Translations under genes and position numbers: made by a program
The notes under the pieces: model-generated
The model's database searches: none
The model's input: the letters and a program-made list of their open reading frames with translations, nothing else
What the model was told of the DNA's origin: nothing
In this document: positions 19,350 to 29,607 of the stretch, one piece after another
How the letters are laid out: every line of letters begins with the position of its first letter
Position numbering within the stretch: the first letter of the stretch is position 1
NCBI GenBank assembly: GCA_052139695.1
Contig: JBKQWF010000019.1
Span: 24,570-88,569, forward strand
Length of the DNA: 64,000 bases
Direction: 5' to 3'
Source: Limisphaerales bacterium
GTDB lineage: Bacteria; Verrucomicrobiota; Verrucomicrobiia; Limisphaerales; Palsa-1400

Positions 19350-19985
19350 CGGATGCTGGGCAAATTGGTTGTCCTTCACGCCGAAGCTGGTGCCGCTGGC
19401 TTGGATGACCGGGTCCCACAGCACAACCGGAACTCCGGCATGGTGGAGAATCCATCCCACCGGTGGTGCCCGGTAAGAATAAACTGTCACGGCGGCAGTT
19501 TGAAATACCGTCGAAGTAGCGTCGGGAGCGTTGCCCGCGAAGAAAACACCGCTCAGGTTGCTGCACCGATTGAAGGCATAAGTCCCGATGCTGGTGACGC
19601 TCTCGGGAATAGTGACATTGGTCAAGCTGGTGCAGTTCTCAAAGCCATCGGATGGAATGTTGGTGACACTGCTGGGAATGGTGACACTGGTCAGGTTGGT
19701 ACAATTCTCGAAACCACCTTGACCGATGCTGCGGACGCCTTTGGGGATCGTCATGCTGGTGGTGACGGCCAACCCGCTGATCTTGGTTGGAATGGTCAAT
19801 GGGCCAACCGGTCCACCAGGCACGGATCAGCCGGTGACGGTAAGGCTCACACCGTCACTGTTTGTCGTGTATTTGAATTGGGCTTGCATCGAAGTCGGTA
19901 TCTGCAAGAGCAGCAAGCCCACCAGAAACGTTGCGGGGAATAATTTTCCCGAAATTGAGTGGGATAGTGTGAATACCGGCTTCAC
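19350..19985 (-). pseudogene. BspA-type leucine-rich repeat surface protein, degraded
   Basis: Signal peptide + QAQFKYTTN; in-frame TGA at 19827-19829; LRR_5 units (TSVTIPSSVTNIPSDGFENCTSL); YYLPGTTGW motif scrambled by apparent single-base losses near 19440-19480; the usual C-terminal domain is absent after KDNQF. Confidence 0.8.
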
Positions 19986-20130
19986 GCTCGCGAAATTAGA
20001 ATGAAAAGAGAAGGGCTTCAATGGGCGTTTGGATGCACAGTTACATTTGGTCCAGCGTCGCCGTCGTAGCCAGCCTGCGCACCGTATCCGTCTTTTTGGC
20101 GCGGCGCGCATGCCACCGTGCAAAGCGGCT

Positions 20131-20748
20131 TCAAGGATTCCATGGACTCAAAAACTCCCAGAAAGACGCAATGGCGAGCACGGGGACGACCAGCACGTAG
20201 ATTCGGAGCACGTCCAGGACGGCCTCCTGCGGAAAGGTCCGCAGCCACTTGCGCCCCTGGTAAAACGGCCTGGGCCGGAACATGGACATGCCCAGGTTGA
20301 CGCCTGCTCCTGCCGCCAGCGAGTAACCGGTCAGTTGCAGGATTAAGGTCAGGAAGTAGTACGCCGCCGCGAGCGGCCTGCGCAAACGACTGGTGCCGTC
20401 GTGCTCGACCGAAACGATGCCTCCCACCCAGCCACGATAGGCGACCATGGGATAGATAAACACCACGCCCATGCCCAAGACGCTGTCCACCGCCGCCCCA
20501 CGCAGATTCCCGCTCCAGTCCAGAAGCGCGGCGCGCACCGGCTGTCCTCGGTTGTTGGCCATTGCCGACACGTCGTTGGTTTGCGCGATGCCGACGATCC
20601 GATTTCGATGCGCAAGCGCAAGGACGTTGCCGGTGTGGGCCAACATCAGCCCGATGGCTACCGAGATAACGTAGGCCAGCGCCACGGACAGGATAGCTGC
20701 CCGCGCCCTGGTCACCGCCAGGAAGATTGTCGAAGCTGATTTTTTCAT
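20131..20748 (-). CDS. Stage II sporulation protein M (SpoIIM)-like membrane protein
   Basis: Hydrophobic protein with RGWVGGIV, ILQLTGYSLAAGAG and ASFWEF, matching the SpoIIM pattern. Confidence 0.65.
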   Translation of the reverse strand: MKKSASTIFLAVTRARAAILSVALAYVISVAIGLMLAHTGNVLALAHRNRIVGIAQTNDVSAMANNRGQPVRAALLDWSGNLRGAAVDSVLGMGVVFIYPMVAYRGWVGGIVSVEHDGTSRLRRPLAAAYYFLTLILQLTGYSLAAGAGVNLGMSMFRPRPFYQGRKWLRTFPQEAVLDVLRIYVLVVPVLAIASFWEFLSPWNP

Positions 20749-20759
20749 CCCGCCATTGT

Positions 20760-21527
20760 TTACGACGATGCTATAGTCGGGTCACAGGCAGCGCCAAGCG
20801 CCAATACATATTTCGCAAGCGGGCTGATGCGGGCAAGAGTCTCAGGACGCATGCGGGCAGGAAGGTTGATCCCGGACTGGGCTTCACGCCGAATGTAGGC
20901 TCCCTGGATTGAGCGACGAGGCATATCGGTGGAATTCGCCGCGTGTCCGTGCCAGACCGATCCATTGTAAACCACCACAGCACCAGCAGGGCCACACGCC
21001 TGGACTTGACCATCGTAGTGCGCCGTAGGGTCGCTCATGAGATCGCCTGGAGCGGTGGACCACTTGTGCGAGCCTGGGACGAACCGAGTGGCCCCGTTGT
21101 CAGATCGAAAATCATCCAGCATGAAGATAAAACCAACCATCGTCCACCCAGCCGCGTCGCGCTTGAAGTCCACATGGAGAGCTTGCGCCTGGGTACGGGG
21201 CCGCAGAGTCCTCGCGAGCATGTTGCTGAGCTTGAATGGCTGGCCGATGATGCGAAAACACGCCTCCAGGACGGGTTGGTATATGTAAAGCCCATCGAAT
21301 TCAGGGCTGCGATTTACGAAGTCGTGGACGCGGGTTGTTGAGCTACCATGCCCCACATCATCAGAATCCGCCGACTCGACGGAGGCATCGTAAGCCTTAG
21401 CCAGTTGCGCCAAGCCTTCAAGGGGAACCGGGCCAGAAATGACGACGAAGCCTACATCGTGCAGTTCTTGGGCAGCACTCGCTGATAGCTCACGGCCCGA
21501 GCCAATTACGTTGAACAAGTCATCCAT
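20760..21527 (-). CDS. Phytanoyl-CoA dioxygenase (PhyH) family Fe(II)/2OG oxygenase
   Basis: QALHVD (H-x-D), NGATRFVPGSH, GSVWHG, RRS; start set at MDDLFN. Confidence 0.9.
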   Translation of the reverse strand: MDDLFNVIGSGRELSASAAQELHDVGFVVISGPVPLEGLAQLAKAYDASVESADSDDVGHGSSTTRVHDFVNRSPEFDGLYIYQPVLEACFRIIGQPFKLSNMLARTLRPRTQAQALHVDFKRDAAGWTMVGFIFMLDDFRSDNGATRFVPGSHKWSTAPGDLMSDPTAHYDGQVQACGPAGAVVVYNGSVWHGHAANSTDMPRRSIQGAYIRREAQSGINLPARMRPETLARISPLAKYVLALGAACDPTIASS

Positions 21528-21628
21528 ATTTGTGTGGGTTTCTGACCAACGAGGCACATCGCTGGCGACGGGAAAGGGATGCCTGGAGTGAAAACGGGGA
21601 TGGCATCCCTCCATCCAGTATATTGCCG

Positions 21629-22261
21629 TTAGGCACTTCGTGCTGCATGATTTAAGAGGTTTCTGTCAAAAACCCGCTTCAGGCGGCCTCGCACCCAACG
21701 CAGGTGCAATATCGGATACACATTTCCAACGACCTGAACGATTGTAAACCAGAATACGACGCTCCACCAGTTCTGGACGCACGCATAAACCATGGAAGGG
21801 ATAAGCAATACTGCCGCCCAAAAATGGGCTGCCTCCGCGCCCTCGATCTGAGTTTGTACCTTCGCAGGATCGCCGGGGTAGCGCTTCAAATATACCAGCG
21901 GCTGCAAAATGCGCAGCGGAGTCCGTCGAAGAATCTCGCCAAAGACTGGAACCCCCAATTTCCGATAAAGCCCGCCCCGGACTTCCCATACCCGAACTTC
22001 GCGCAGCCAGCTTGGCACTCTTAAAGTAAACAGGGGACGGGCAAAGGCAACCAATCCCAAAAAGCAAAACATCACCAGCAAAGCAAACCAGGGGGAGGCC
22101 AGGCCGACCACACGTCGAGCGATGTTGAGAGAGACGCCGAATGCAGCAGCGACGCCCAGCAGGATCATTATGTCACGCATTCGTTTCATTTGGACTAGCG
22201 CCAAAATGCTTAAAGATATATTAAAACCAATCCGAATATTGGCCCGCCCACCGGTGACCAC
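21629..22261 (-). CDS. CrtO-like (glycosyl-diaponeurosporenoate acyltransferase family) membrane protein
   Basis: YRKLGV-x-x-F, AEAAHFW and N-x-YP-x-x-H-x-R-x-x-R-x-R-L motifs; true start probably at an internal Met. Confidence 0.6.
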   Translation of the reverse strand: MVTGGRANIRIGFNISLSILALVQMKRMRDIMILLGVAAAFGVSLNIARRVVGLASPWFALLVMFCFLGLVAFARPLFTLRVPSWLREVRVWEVRGGLYRKLGVPVFGEILRRTPLRILQPLVYLKRYPGDPAKVQTQIEGAEAAHFWAAVLLIPSMVYACVQNWWSVVFWFTIVQVVGNVYPILHLRWVRGRLKRVFDRNLLNHAARSA

Positions 22262-22677
22262 GCCGCAGCAAAATCTGGATTGGCGTAGAACTCAAGGAAT
22301 CCGCACCCGGCGGGCCTTGCAAAATCATTGAATTCCTCATGGGCGAGTTGACGAAGCTTCTTGTCGTCATGGTGAATCGCCCGACCACGCGGGATCAAAC
22401 TTAATTTGGCGCGTCTACTATCTACAACACCTGGCACCGCACAGCCGCAGCTAAAGCGGGGGTTGAAGGCGTCTCAGGAGGATGTCCCCTGTCCTCCAGG
22501 GCGCGCCGCCGCTCCAGCGAAAAGTGACAGGGGCCGCGCTCAGTATCCCAGCGACGACTTCCCTGGCCGCCGCCGGGAGGGTCGCCCACTTGCCCAAGCG
22601 CCGCCGGTAGTGGGCTACTTTGAATTCTTGTCTTTAGTCAAGGCGCAATGGGGAATATCTGCCTGTGAGTGGTGGCT

Positions 22678-22857
22678 TCAGTTTGGCTTATTCGTTTTCC
22701 TAGCCTCAAAATTCTGAAGGTACTTTTTCCCATCTCTCACATCAAGGAGTGGCTCGTCCAAAACAAGGACGGGGGCATATTCTTTTTTTAAATGTTCAAC
22801 GATGCTCTTCAGTTCCGCAAGAGTGTCAGCTTCCGCTTGAATTTTCAATTCTATCAT
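22678..22857 (-). CDS. Small hypothetical protein, 59 aa, AT-rich
   Basis: Manual translation MIELKIQAEADTLAELKSIVEHLKKEYAPVLVLDEPLLDVRDGKKYLQNFEARKTNKPN; below ORF-track cutoff. Confidence 0.35.
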   Translation of the reverse strand: MIELKIQAEADTLAELKSIVEHLKKEYAPVLVLDEPLLDVRDGKKYLQNFEARKTNKPN

Positions 22858-23055
22858 ATTCTTTTCGATTTTGAATCAATCAGAGCCACGATTTTCCGCA
22901 AAGTCCAGACGTGATCAGTCATAGCCCACATAACCCGCAACCGCGCCGCCGCCGGGCTGGCTTTCCGGTTGCGCCGTGGCCACAATCCACTTTTACCTTG
23001 AGGACCGCGTCCTGGCGGCGGCCATGCAGGTCCAGATTTGACAGAAGCCGGTCGG

Positions 23056-23847
23056 CTATTTCAAATGCCAGCGGATGGTGTAACGCCAGTTATCGTCCGG
23101 CTTGTAAGCCTGCTCTCCCTTGTCGCTGACGGCAAATTCACCGGTGCTGCGGTTGTCCACGTCGTCGGTGCAAACGTCCCCGTCAACATCATCGAGTTGC
23201 AATTTGAAGCTGCACTTTTGGCCGGGCTTTGCCTTGGGCAATTCCAGTCCTACGGGGACAGTGACCTGCTTCTTGTCGTAGCCCTTGCTGTCAACGTGGT
23301 AAGTGCGGGTGACACCCTCGACCGTGATCTCAAAGCACAAGAACCAGGTTGCGCTCTGCGGCGTATCGGCCATCTCAATCTCGTCGATGACCAAGGTCGC
23401 TGGTTCCACTGCCGTTTTGACGCGCCGGTAAACGTCCACGCCGGGCTTCTGATGTTCGCGCTCCTTGTCAAAATTGGATACGAGGGTCCAGGCATCACCT
23501 TCCAACCGGTAGATGGACACAAATTCATCATCTACGTCGCTGAGGTCGGAGGCGGACTTTCCGGCGCGGATGTTGAGAAAGTGGACGGCGTTGAACGGGC
23601 CGAGCTGGTCGAGTTTCAAGTCGCCCTCAGCATATAAAACCAGCCCGTCGTCGGCTCCGGCGATCTGGAAAATCAATTTGTCCTTTTTGATGGAAATGGT
23701 CTGGGTGTATTCCTGGCCCTGGTCGTTTACTTTTTTGACAGACCATTTGCCAGCCAAAGATTCCAGGTCATCCGCCGCCGCGGCAGCGTAGATAAACATT
23801 GTGGCGGCGATGGCAAGGGTGGCGACGAGTTGATTGATATTTTTCAT
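23056..23847 (-). CDS. Secreted two-domain protein (lipocalin-like TIGR03067-type N-domain plus beta-sandwich)
   Basis: Signal peptide; DDLESLAGKW, IYRLEGD-x-WTL; second domain with a C...C pair. Confidence 0.6.
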   Translation of the reverse strand: MKNINQLVATLAIAATMFIYAAAAADDLESLAGKWSVKKVNDQGQEYTQTISIKKDKLIFQIAGADDGLVLYAEGDLKLDQLGPFNAVHFLNIRAGKSASDLSDVDDEFVSIYRLEGDAWTLVSNFDKEREHQKPGVDVYRRVKTAVEPATLVIDEIEMADTPQSATWFLCFEITVEGVTRTYHVDSKGYDKKQVTVPVGLELPKAKPGQKCSFKLQLDDVDGDVCTDDVDNRSTGEFAVSDKGEQAYKPDDNWRYTIRWHLK

Positions 23848-23978
23848 TTGATTCTTGCCCACGAATTTTTCGTGATTTTCTTCCTGGCAGGCGGGTTTGC
23901 AAGTCTTCTTTGCAGTCCGCTATCCGTTTTCGCTGATGTGGCGCGCCACGGTCTTGTTCAGGAGGCGAAGTCCTCTCC

Positions 23979-24071
23979 GGGAACTTCGGCACTGCTGGAG
24001 AATTCAGCCCAACCGGTGGTGCCGGGTAAATAGTACGCTAATACGGGGCCTTCGTCGATGTTATTAAACAC
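23979..24071 (-). pseudogene. Relic of a second BspA-type LRR gene
   Basis: VFNNIDEGPVLAYYLPGTTGWAEFSSSAEVP carries the post-LRR YYLPGTTGW motif with no start or LRRs. Confidence 0.6.
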
Positions 24072-24177
24072 GTCAGCAACGGGGCCAATGGCCGCTAAAG
24101 TTCTGCGCGAAGCGAACCGATAAAGAAATGTGGCTGTTTGGAATGAAGGCGGCCACTTTTTGAGCGTACCAAAGCGT

Positions 24178-24495
24178 ATGAACTCGATCTCAAGCGTATC
24201 GCCCCCGGCCACGGAGGAGGCTCTGGACGCGTTGCGCCTCAAGCTGCTGCGCGATTCTCCGCCTGAGAACGGCCAAAACAGCAAAGTCAGCACGGACTAC
24301 GTCGCGCTCCAAACCGAACTCAAGTCGGGCAATGTCGCGGAAGCCCAAACCGACTTTGGCCGATTAGAACGCGACACCCTGATGGCTAATCTATCTTCGG
24401 GCACGCTGCCTCCAAGCGGCCCGGACAGCAGCGCCTTCGTTGAACAAAGCCCGCCGAATGGTTCATCCGCTCCACTGCTGGACGCATCGGCATAG
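24178..24495 (+). CDS. Hypothetical low-complexity protein
   Basis: MNSISSV...ALQTELKSGNVAEAQTDF...LLDASA. Confidence 0.55.
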   Translation: MNSISSVSPPATEEALDALRLKLLRDSPPENGQNSKVSTDYVALQTELKSGNVAEAQTDFGRLERDTLMANLSSGTLPPSGPDSSAFVEQSPPNGSSAPLLDASA

Positions 24496-24499
24496 CATC

Positions 24500-24697
24500 T
24501 TACGACTTCCGCATCGAGCGAAAAGCACCAATGCCGACAAATAGACAAATCTGAGCAAAAATCATTGCCACCAAACCCCATCCGAGCCATTGCCAAACCA
24601 AAAGCGAGATCAAGACCGACAAAAGCGCCCATAATAGGCCTGGTCGGTTATCAAACTCGCCCGCTCGATAAAAGAAAACAGCGAACACGACCATCAC
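24500..24697 (-). CDS. Small membrane protein
   Basis: 65 aa with three short hydrophobic segments; FFYRAGE...WALLSV pattern. Confidence 0.55.
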   Translation of the reverse strand: MMVVFAVFFYRAGEFDNRPGLLWALLSVLISLLVWQWLGWGLVAMIFAQICLFVGIGAFRSMRKS

Positions 24698-24939
24698 CAG
24701 GAAATTAAATGAATAGAACGCATAGAATGCCCTCTCCTGACCATTTCCGTGTTTTTTACGAGTTTTAATCCATAATTCATCTTCCTTTAATTTTCGTAGA
24801 GTCAGAGAGGCAAGAAAGCCAACTCTAAGGCCGATTTTAATCTGTTTTTCATGAGATTTTAATGATCAAGGGCTAGTGTTCTTCACTATACGGATTGTCC
24901 GGCCCGGAGGCCCGCGTCCGTTTTGAACCTAAAATCGTT

Positions 24940-25155
24940 ATGAAGTGGAATTTTGAAGGCGTGTGTCCCATTTGTGGGAAATCCTTTCCTTGCGCCCAGC
25001 TTCACGCTCACGTTGTGGCGGAAAAGCCCGCTGTTCGTCGTGAGATTATGCAGTTCATCCACGCACAGCATCCAGACTGGACGTACGTGCAAGGCATCTG
25101 TCAAAGCTGCTGGAACTCCTACCGCCTCTCGCAACCAATCGTCGATGCCCGCTGA
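24940..25155 (+). CDS. Small putative Zn-binding protein
   Basis: CPICG...H-x-H...HPDW...GICQSC. Confidence 0.55.
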   Translation: MKWNFEGVCPICGKSFPCAQLHAHVVAEKPAVRREIMQFIHAQHPDWTYVQGICQSCWNSYRLSQPIVDAR

Positions 25156-26388
25156 TTCTAGGGAAATTCGCTTGCTGGCCACTCGTCCGGTACCATGCCA
25201 ATCAGTGCTTCTGGCCTTGAGGAGCGCGCTCCGGTTTTTGATTGCTGTGGCCGTTCTGCTCGCCCCTTGTTGCCGGGCGTTGACGGTCTTATCGGCGCCT
25301 TCTTTTACGCCCGCTACCAATGCTCCGTTGGCAGGTGTTCTGGCCCTGACGACAGATGTGCCCTCCCAAGTCAGTGTGTCCGTGAGCGACGCCGTGGGGA
25401 CATGGGAGCGAGATTTTTTTGACTATGGGACAAACCACTGCCTGACACTGCTTGGATTCAAGCCCAGTCGGACAAATGAAATCACAGTCACTGTGCGCGA
25501 CCAATTTCGCAACGCCTACACGGTCGCGCAACCGTTGGCCTTCCTCACCGGCCCGTTGCCGACGAACATGCCCAAAATCACCCTCATCACCAACAACCCC
25601 GCTCTCATGGAACCTGGATATACACTGTTTCGAGTCCAGAATAACACCACTGGAGGCGCCTATGTGACCATGGTGGCCAATTCAGGCGAAGTCGTCTGGT
25701 ACGCCGAGGCCAGCGCCGCGGGCGGTGAGTATGGCCCAATCGCCACACCCTCCGATGTGCAACAACTTCCCAATGGCGATCTCTTTTTTCCCGAAACGGA
25801 TCAGAAAGGCTTCGGCGAAGTGAATATGCTCGGGCAGACGGTCGCGACCTGGTCTGCGGCCGAGGGTTATCTGGTGGACGAACACGAAGACCTCCTGACG
25901 GACCACGGAACCATCCTTTACCTGAATGTCACCGAGCAGATCGTTCCCAATTTTCCCAGCAGTGCCACGGACCCAACCGCCCCACGAAAAATCGCCTACG
26001 CAACGTGTAGTCAGGTCGTCGAGGTCTCGACCACCAATCCGGCTTTCTTCAATACCTGGTTGTCTTCGACTTGGAATTATCTGATCCGCCCGGGGCGAAA
26101 TCCAAATCCGCGGGCTACCTGGTTTATCGCAGCCATCGGATTCCTGATCTTTACAGCCATCCGGCAAACCCTGTGGCCAATTTGGCAGTCGCGCTCGACG
26201 AAGGCCAGCCCATCTTAAACTTTACGGCGGATCCAGCTCGAACTTATGCGGTTCAGGTTTCGGAAGACTTGGTGAACTGGCAGGGGATCGGAGTAGCCGC
26301 GCCGGATGACACTCACGGAGATTTCTCCTTCCTTGACGAGGATGGCGATCATTCCTCGGCCCACTTCTATCGAGTGTTGACACAATAA
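25145..26388 (+). pseudogene. Aryl-sulfate sulfotransferase (ASST)-like gene with internal deletion and frameshift
   Basis: N-terminal Ig-like part (APLAGVLALTTDVP...LLGFKP...PGYTLF...GEVVWY) joins at about 26059 to a C-terminal part in another frame (VVFDL...YRSHRIPDLY...HFYRVLTQ); the catalytic propeller core is largely missing. Confidence 0.75.
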
Positions 26389-26463
26389 GGCCTGCGCCGG
26401 ATGTTGCGTGCCATTCCGGCTTGTAACCTTTCCGACGTTCACGGCTCAGTCTTAGAAGAAACG

Positions 26464-26820
26464 ATGAAAGTCGAAATTATGAAAAACATTGTGGAACTGA
26501 CCGAAGAAGGTTTCGAAACGGAAGTCATCCAAGCTGCCATTCCGGTGGTCGTAGATTTTTACGCGCCGTGGTGTGGCCCGTGCAAGATGCTCGCGCCCGT
26601 GCTGGAGCAGTTGGCCGGGGAGTTTGCGGGGCGATTGAAGTTCGCCAAGGCAAATGTGGATGAGGCGCCGGAGCTAGCCGAGAGGTTCAAGGTTTCCGGG
26701 GTGCCAACGCTCGTGCTGTTCCACGGCGGCAAGGCTGTGGATCAGGTGGTGGGACTTACCGGACTGCGCCAGCTCAAGGCGTGGTTGGAGAAGGCGGCGA
26801 GCGCGCCGGTCACTGTTTAG
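26464..26820 (+). CDS. trxA: Thioredoxin
   Basis: VVDFYAPWCGPCK, GVPTL. Confidence 0.95.
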   Translation: MKVEIMKNIVELTEEGFETEVIQAAIPVVVDFYAPWCGPCKMLAPVLEQLAGEFAGRLKFAKANVDEAPELAERFKVSGVPTLVLFHGGKAVDQVVGLTGLRQLKAWLEKAASAPVTV

Positions 26821-26834
26821 GCACGCGACCTGGC

Positions 26835-27002
26835 ATGATTCCGCGCATTATCATTGGAGTTATCGTTGGGGGTGGGCTTGGCTTTGGCTGGTATAAGCTG
26901 GTGGGTTGCTCCACCGGCACTTGCCCGCTGACCAGCCATCCCGTCATCACCACGATTTTCGGCGCCGTATTTGGCGCCCTGCTGGCCAGCAGTTTTCACT
27001 AA
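26835..27002 (+). CDS. DUF6132-like small membrane protein, 55 aa
   Basis: MIPRIIIGVIVGGGLGFGWYKLVGCSTGTCPLTSHP (G-C-x-x-G-x-C-P). Confidence 0.85.
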   Translation: MIPRIIIGVIVGGGLGFGWYKLVGCSTGTCPLTSHPVITTIFGAVFGALLASSFH

Positions 27003-27021
27003 ATCCCCATCCCTCAAACAA

Positions 27022-27255
27022 ATGAAAATACACCTTCTTATCCGCCGGTTCGCGGGCGTCTTCATCCTCGGCAGTCTTCTGCTCGCGCGCTATCACAGCC
27101 CATACTGGCTTTGGTTTACCGCGTTCGTTGGCTTCAACTTGCTCCAATCTTCTTTCACCAATTTTTGTCCGCTGGAAATCATTCTCACGAAACTCGGCGT
27201 GGGCTGCTCCTGCCGCGGGAACCAAAAACCCGCTGTCCTATGCAGCCCCAAATGA
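27022..27255 (+). CDS. DUF2892/YgaP-like membrane protein
   Basis: RRFAG...WLWFTAFVGFNLLQSSFTNFCP. Confidence 0.88.
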   Translation: MKIHLLIRRFAGVFILGSLLLARYHSPYWLWFTAFVGFNLLQSSFTNFCPLEIILTKLGVGCSCRGNQKPAVLCSPK

Positions 27256-28565
27256 AATGGCCTCTGGGATTTTTCGCTTTGTGGCTGGCAGGATCGCTGG
27301 CGACGAACGCTGCCGAGCCGTGGACGCTGGAACGATCCCTGGATTACGCGCTGACCCACAACCCGGACGCGAGCATAGCCCGCCAGCGCATCGCCGTCGC
27401 GCAAGCCGGGTTGGAGCAGGCCAATTCCGCCTTCTGGCCACGGCTGCAAATCCAATCCGGTTACACCCGCACGGACAACCCGATGCTAGCTTTCGGCAGC
27501 ATTCTCAATGAGCGCTCTTACAGTTCCTCGCTAAACTTCAACGATGTTCCGGGCGTCGATGATTTCAACGCGCGCGGCATTGTCACGGTCCCGCTTTACG
27601 CTGGCGGCCGCAATGTCGCGGGTCGGCGGGCGGCAAAAGCAAACACCCAAGCCGCGAAACAGGAAAGCGCCGCCGTCCGCAACGAGCTGGGCTTCGAAGT
27701 GGCGCGAGCGTTTCATACTGTGCTCAAGACACGGCAGTTCATTCTGGCGGCCGAAGCCGCAGCCGACTCCTTTGCCAGAAACCTTGTTGTCGCCAAGAAA
27801 CGCCTGGATGGCGGCACACTGTTGAAGTCCGACGTGCTGGACATTGAGGTGCGTTTGGCCCAAGCACACGAAGACCTGATTAGTGCCCGCAACGCCAGCA
27901 CCTTGGCCGAGCGGGCGTTGCGCAACCTGTTGGGGATCGAAGCGGGCGAATTCACCGTGGCCGACACCGCTCCAGTCGTCAGTGCGCCGGATTCCGCAGA
28001 TTTTGCGCAGCGACCCGAACTTGCCGCCGCCCGCGAGCGCGAAAGGGCGGCACAAGCACAGGTGAGCGGGTCGAAGAGCGGTTATATCCCGCGGGTTGGT
28101 GCGTTTGGCTGGCTTGATTACGATTACGGCTCGGTCACGGGCGGTGACGGCAAGAGCTACACGGCCGGGGTCTTGGCACAGTGGGATTTGTGGGACGGGT
28201 TTGCCACGCGCGCCAAAGTGGATGAGGCGAACGCCAACCTGGAATCCGCCCGCCAGGAGCAGCGCAAGCTGCGCCTGGCTCTGGACCTTGAAGCTGAACA
28301 AGCCCGGCTTGACCTCAAAACGGCGGAGGAACGGCTGGAGGTGAGCGACAAAACCGTGGAGCAGGCGGCCGAAAGCGCCAGACTGACCCGGAATCGCTTT
28401 GAGCAGGGACTCTCCCTTTCGACTCAGCTGATTGATGCCGAAACCGCCCTGGTCGCGGCCCGCGTTCGCCGCGCGGAAGCGGAGTCCGACCAGCGCATTG
28501 CCATTGCCGCGCTGCGCAAGGCGCTGGGACGATCCCAACTTGATTCCCGCCCGACGGGCAAATGA
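27252..28565 (+). CDS. TolC family outer membrane efflux protein
   Basis: Signal peptide, AL-x-HNP, A-x-SAFWP, two OEP repeats; ATGA overlap with DUF2892. Confidence 0.92.
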   Translation: MKWPLGFFALWLAGSLATNAAEPWTLERSLDYALTHNPDASIARQRIAVAQAGLEQANSAFWPRLQIQSGYTRTDNPMLAFGSILNERSYSSSLNFNDVPGVDDFNARGIVTVPLYAGGRNVAGRRAAKANTQAAKQESAAVRNELGFEVARAFHTVLKTRQFILAAEAAADSFARNLVVAKKRLDGGTLLKSDVLDIEVRLAQAHEDLISARNASTLAERALRNLLGIEAGEFTVADTAPVVSAPDSADFAQRPELAAARERERAAQAQVSGSKSGYIPRVGAFGWLDYDYGSVTGGDGKSYTAGVLAQWDLWDGFATRAKVDEANANLESARQEQRKLRLALDLEAEQARLDLKTAEERLEVSDKTVEQAAESARLTRNRFEQGLSLSTQLIDAETALVAARVRRAEAESDQRIAIAALRKALGRSQLDSRPTGK

Positions 28566-28566
28566 T

Positions 28567-29607
28567 ATGAGACGATTCATCCCAAACCCTCTTGCCCTTC
28601 TTCCAGTCCTTGCCGTCGCCTTCGCTCTCGCGGGTTGTGGTTCCAAGCATGAGACCGAAAAGGAAAAGCCGATTAGCCTTCCATTGGCCCAAGTTCTCGT
28701 GCGGCCCGTTGAGAACCAATCGCGAACGATGACCGAAGAAGTCGCCGGCACGGTGCGGGCGAAGCTCCATGCGACTCTGGAGGCCAAGTTGAGTGGCCGC
28801 ATCGAAAAGATGCCGGTCGCGCTGGGCGACAAGGTTCAGCAAGGCCAGTTGATGGCACGGCTTGACGCTGGCGAGATGGCCGCGCGGTTGGAGCAGGCGG
28901 AGGCCTCGCTGGAAGAGGCTGACCATGACTGGAAACGCGTCGCCGCGTTGTTTGATCAGCAGAGCGCCACTCGGGCGGAATATGAATCCGCGCAGTCCCG
29001 GCAGCGGATTGCCAACGGAAGGGTTGCCGAGGCCAAAGCCATGATGGATTACGTGGAAATTCTCGCCCCGTTCGATGGCGTTGTTACGAAGAAGTGGGCC
29101 GATGCGGGGGATCTCGCGGCGCCGGGCAAGCCGCTGGTGGAAATTGAGGACCCATCCATTTTGCAAATGGACGCGGACGTGCCTGAAGCCATCGCTTCGC
29201 ATATCCAGCGCGGTTCAAGGCTGGCTGTGCGGGTGGATGCCATCGCCGGCGAACTCCAAGGGGTGGTCAGCGAAATAGCCCCCACAGCCGACCCCATGAC
29301 CCGCACGTTCCGGGTGAAACTGGATTTGGCGCGGACGACTGGACTGATGCCTGGCCAATTCGCACGGCTGGCCGTCCCGATTGGCGAGCGCGCTTCAGTC
29401 CGCGTGCCAACAGCGGCGGTGGTGCAACGAGGACAGTTGGAGATGGTTTTTACCGTCACCAACCAGCATGCGCAATTACGCTTGGTGAAGTCGGGCAAGC
29501 ATGTGGGGAACGAGGTGGAAATACTTTCCGGCCTCGAGGTCGGCAAATCGGTAGTCATCAGCGGCGCGGACCAATTGACCGATGGCCAGCCAGTGGAGGC
29601 GAAGTAA
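28567..29607 (+). CDS. RND efflux periplasmic adaptor (membrane fusion protein), lipoprotein
   Basis: LAGC lipobox, V[11 protein letters not shown], [13 protein letters not shown]-x-V, LMPGQF. Confidence 0.93.
   Translation: MRRFIPNPLALLPVLAVAFALAGCGSKHETEKEKPISLPLAQVLVRPVENQSRTMTEEVAGTVRAKLHATLEAKLSGRIEKMPVALGDKVQQGQLMARLDAGEMAARLEQAEASLEEADHDWKRVAALFDQQSATRAEYESAQSRQRIANGRVAEAKAMMDYVEILAPFDGVVTKKWADAGDLAAPGKPLVEIEDPSILQMDADVPEAIASHIQRGSRLAVRVDAIAGELQGVVSEIAPTADPMTRTFRVKLDLARTTGLMPGQFARLAVPIGERASVRVPTAAVVQRGQLEMVFTVTNQHAQLRLVKSGKHVGNEVEILSGLEVGKSVVISGADQLTDGQPVEAK

Noticed and set aside
19827-19829. In-frame TGA as selenocysteine or read-through
   Set aside because: No redox motif or evident SECIS, and the gene has other lesions.
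22258-22528. Coding-like + strand frame (KIWIGVELK...*FGASTIYNTWHRT...) with an internal stop
   Set aside because: No start codon and no family I can recognise; needs a translated search.
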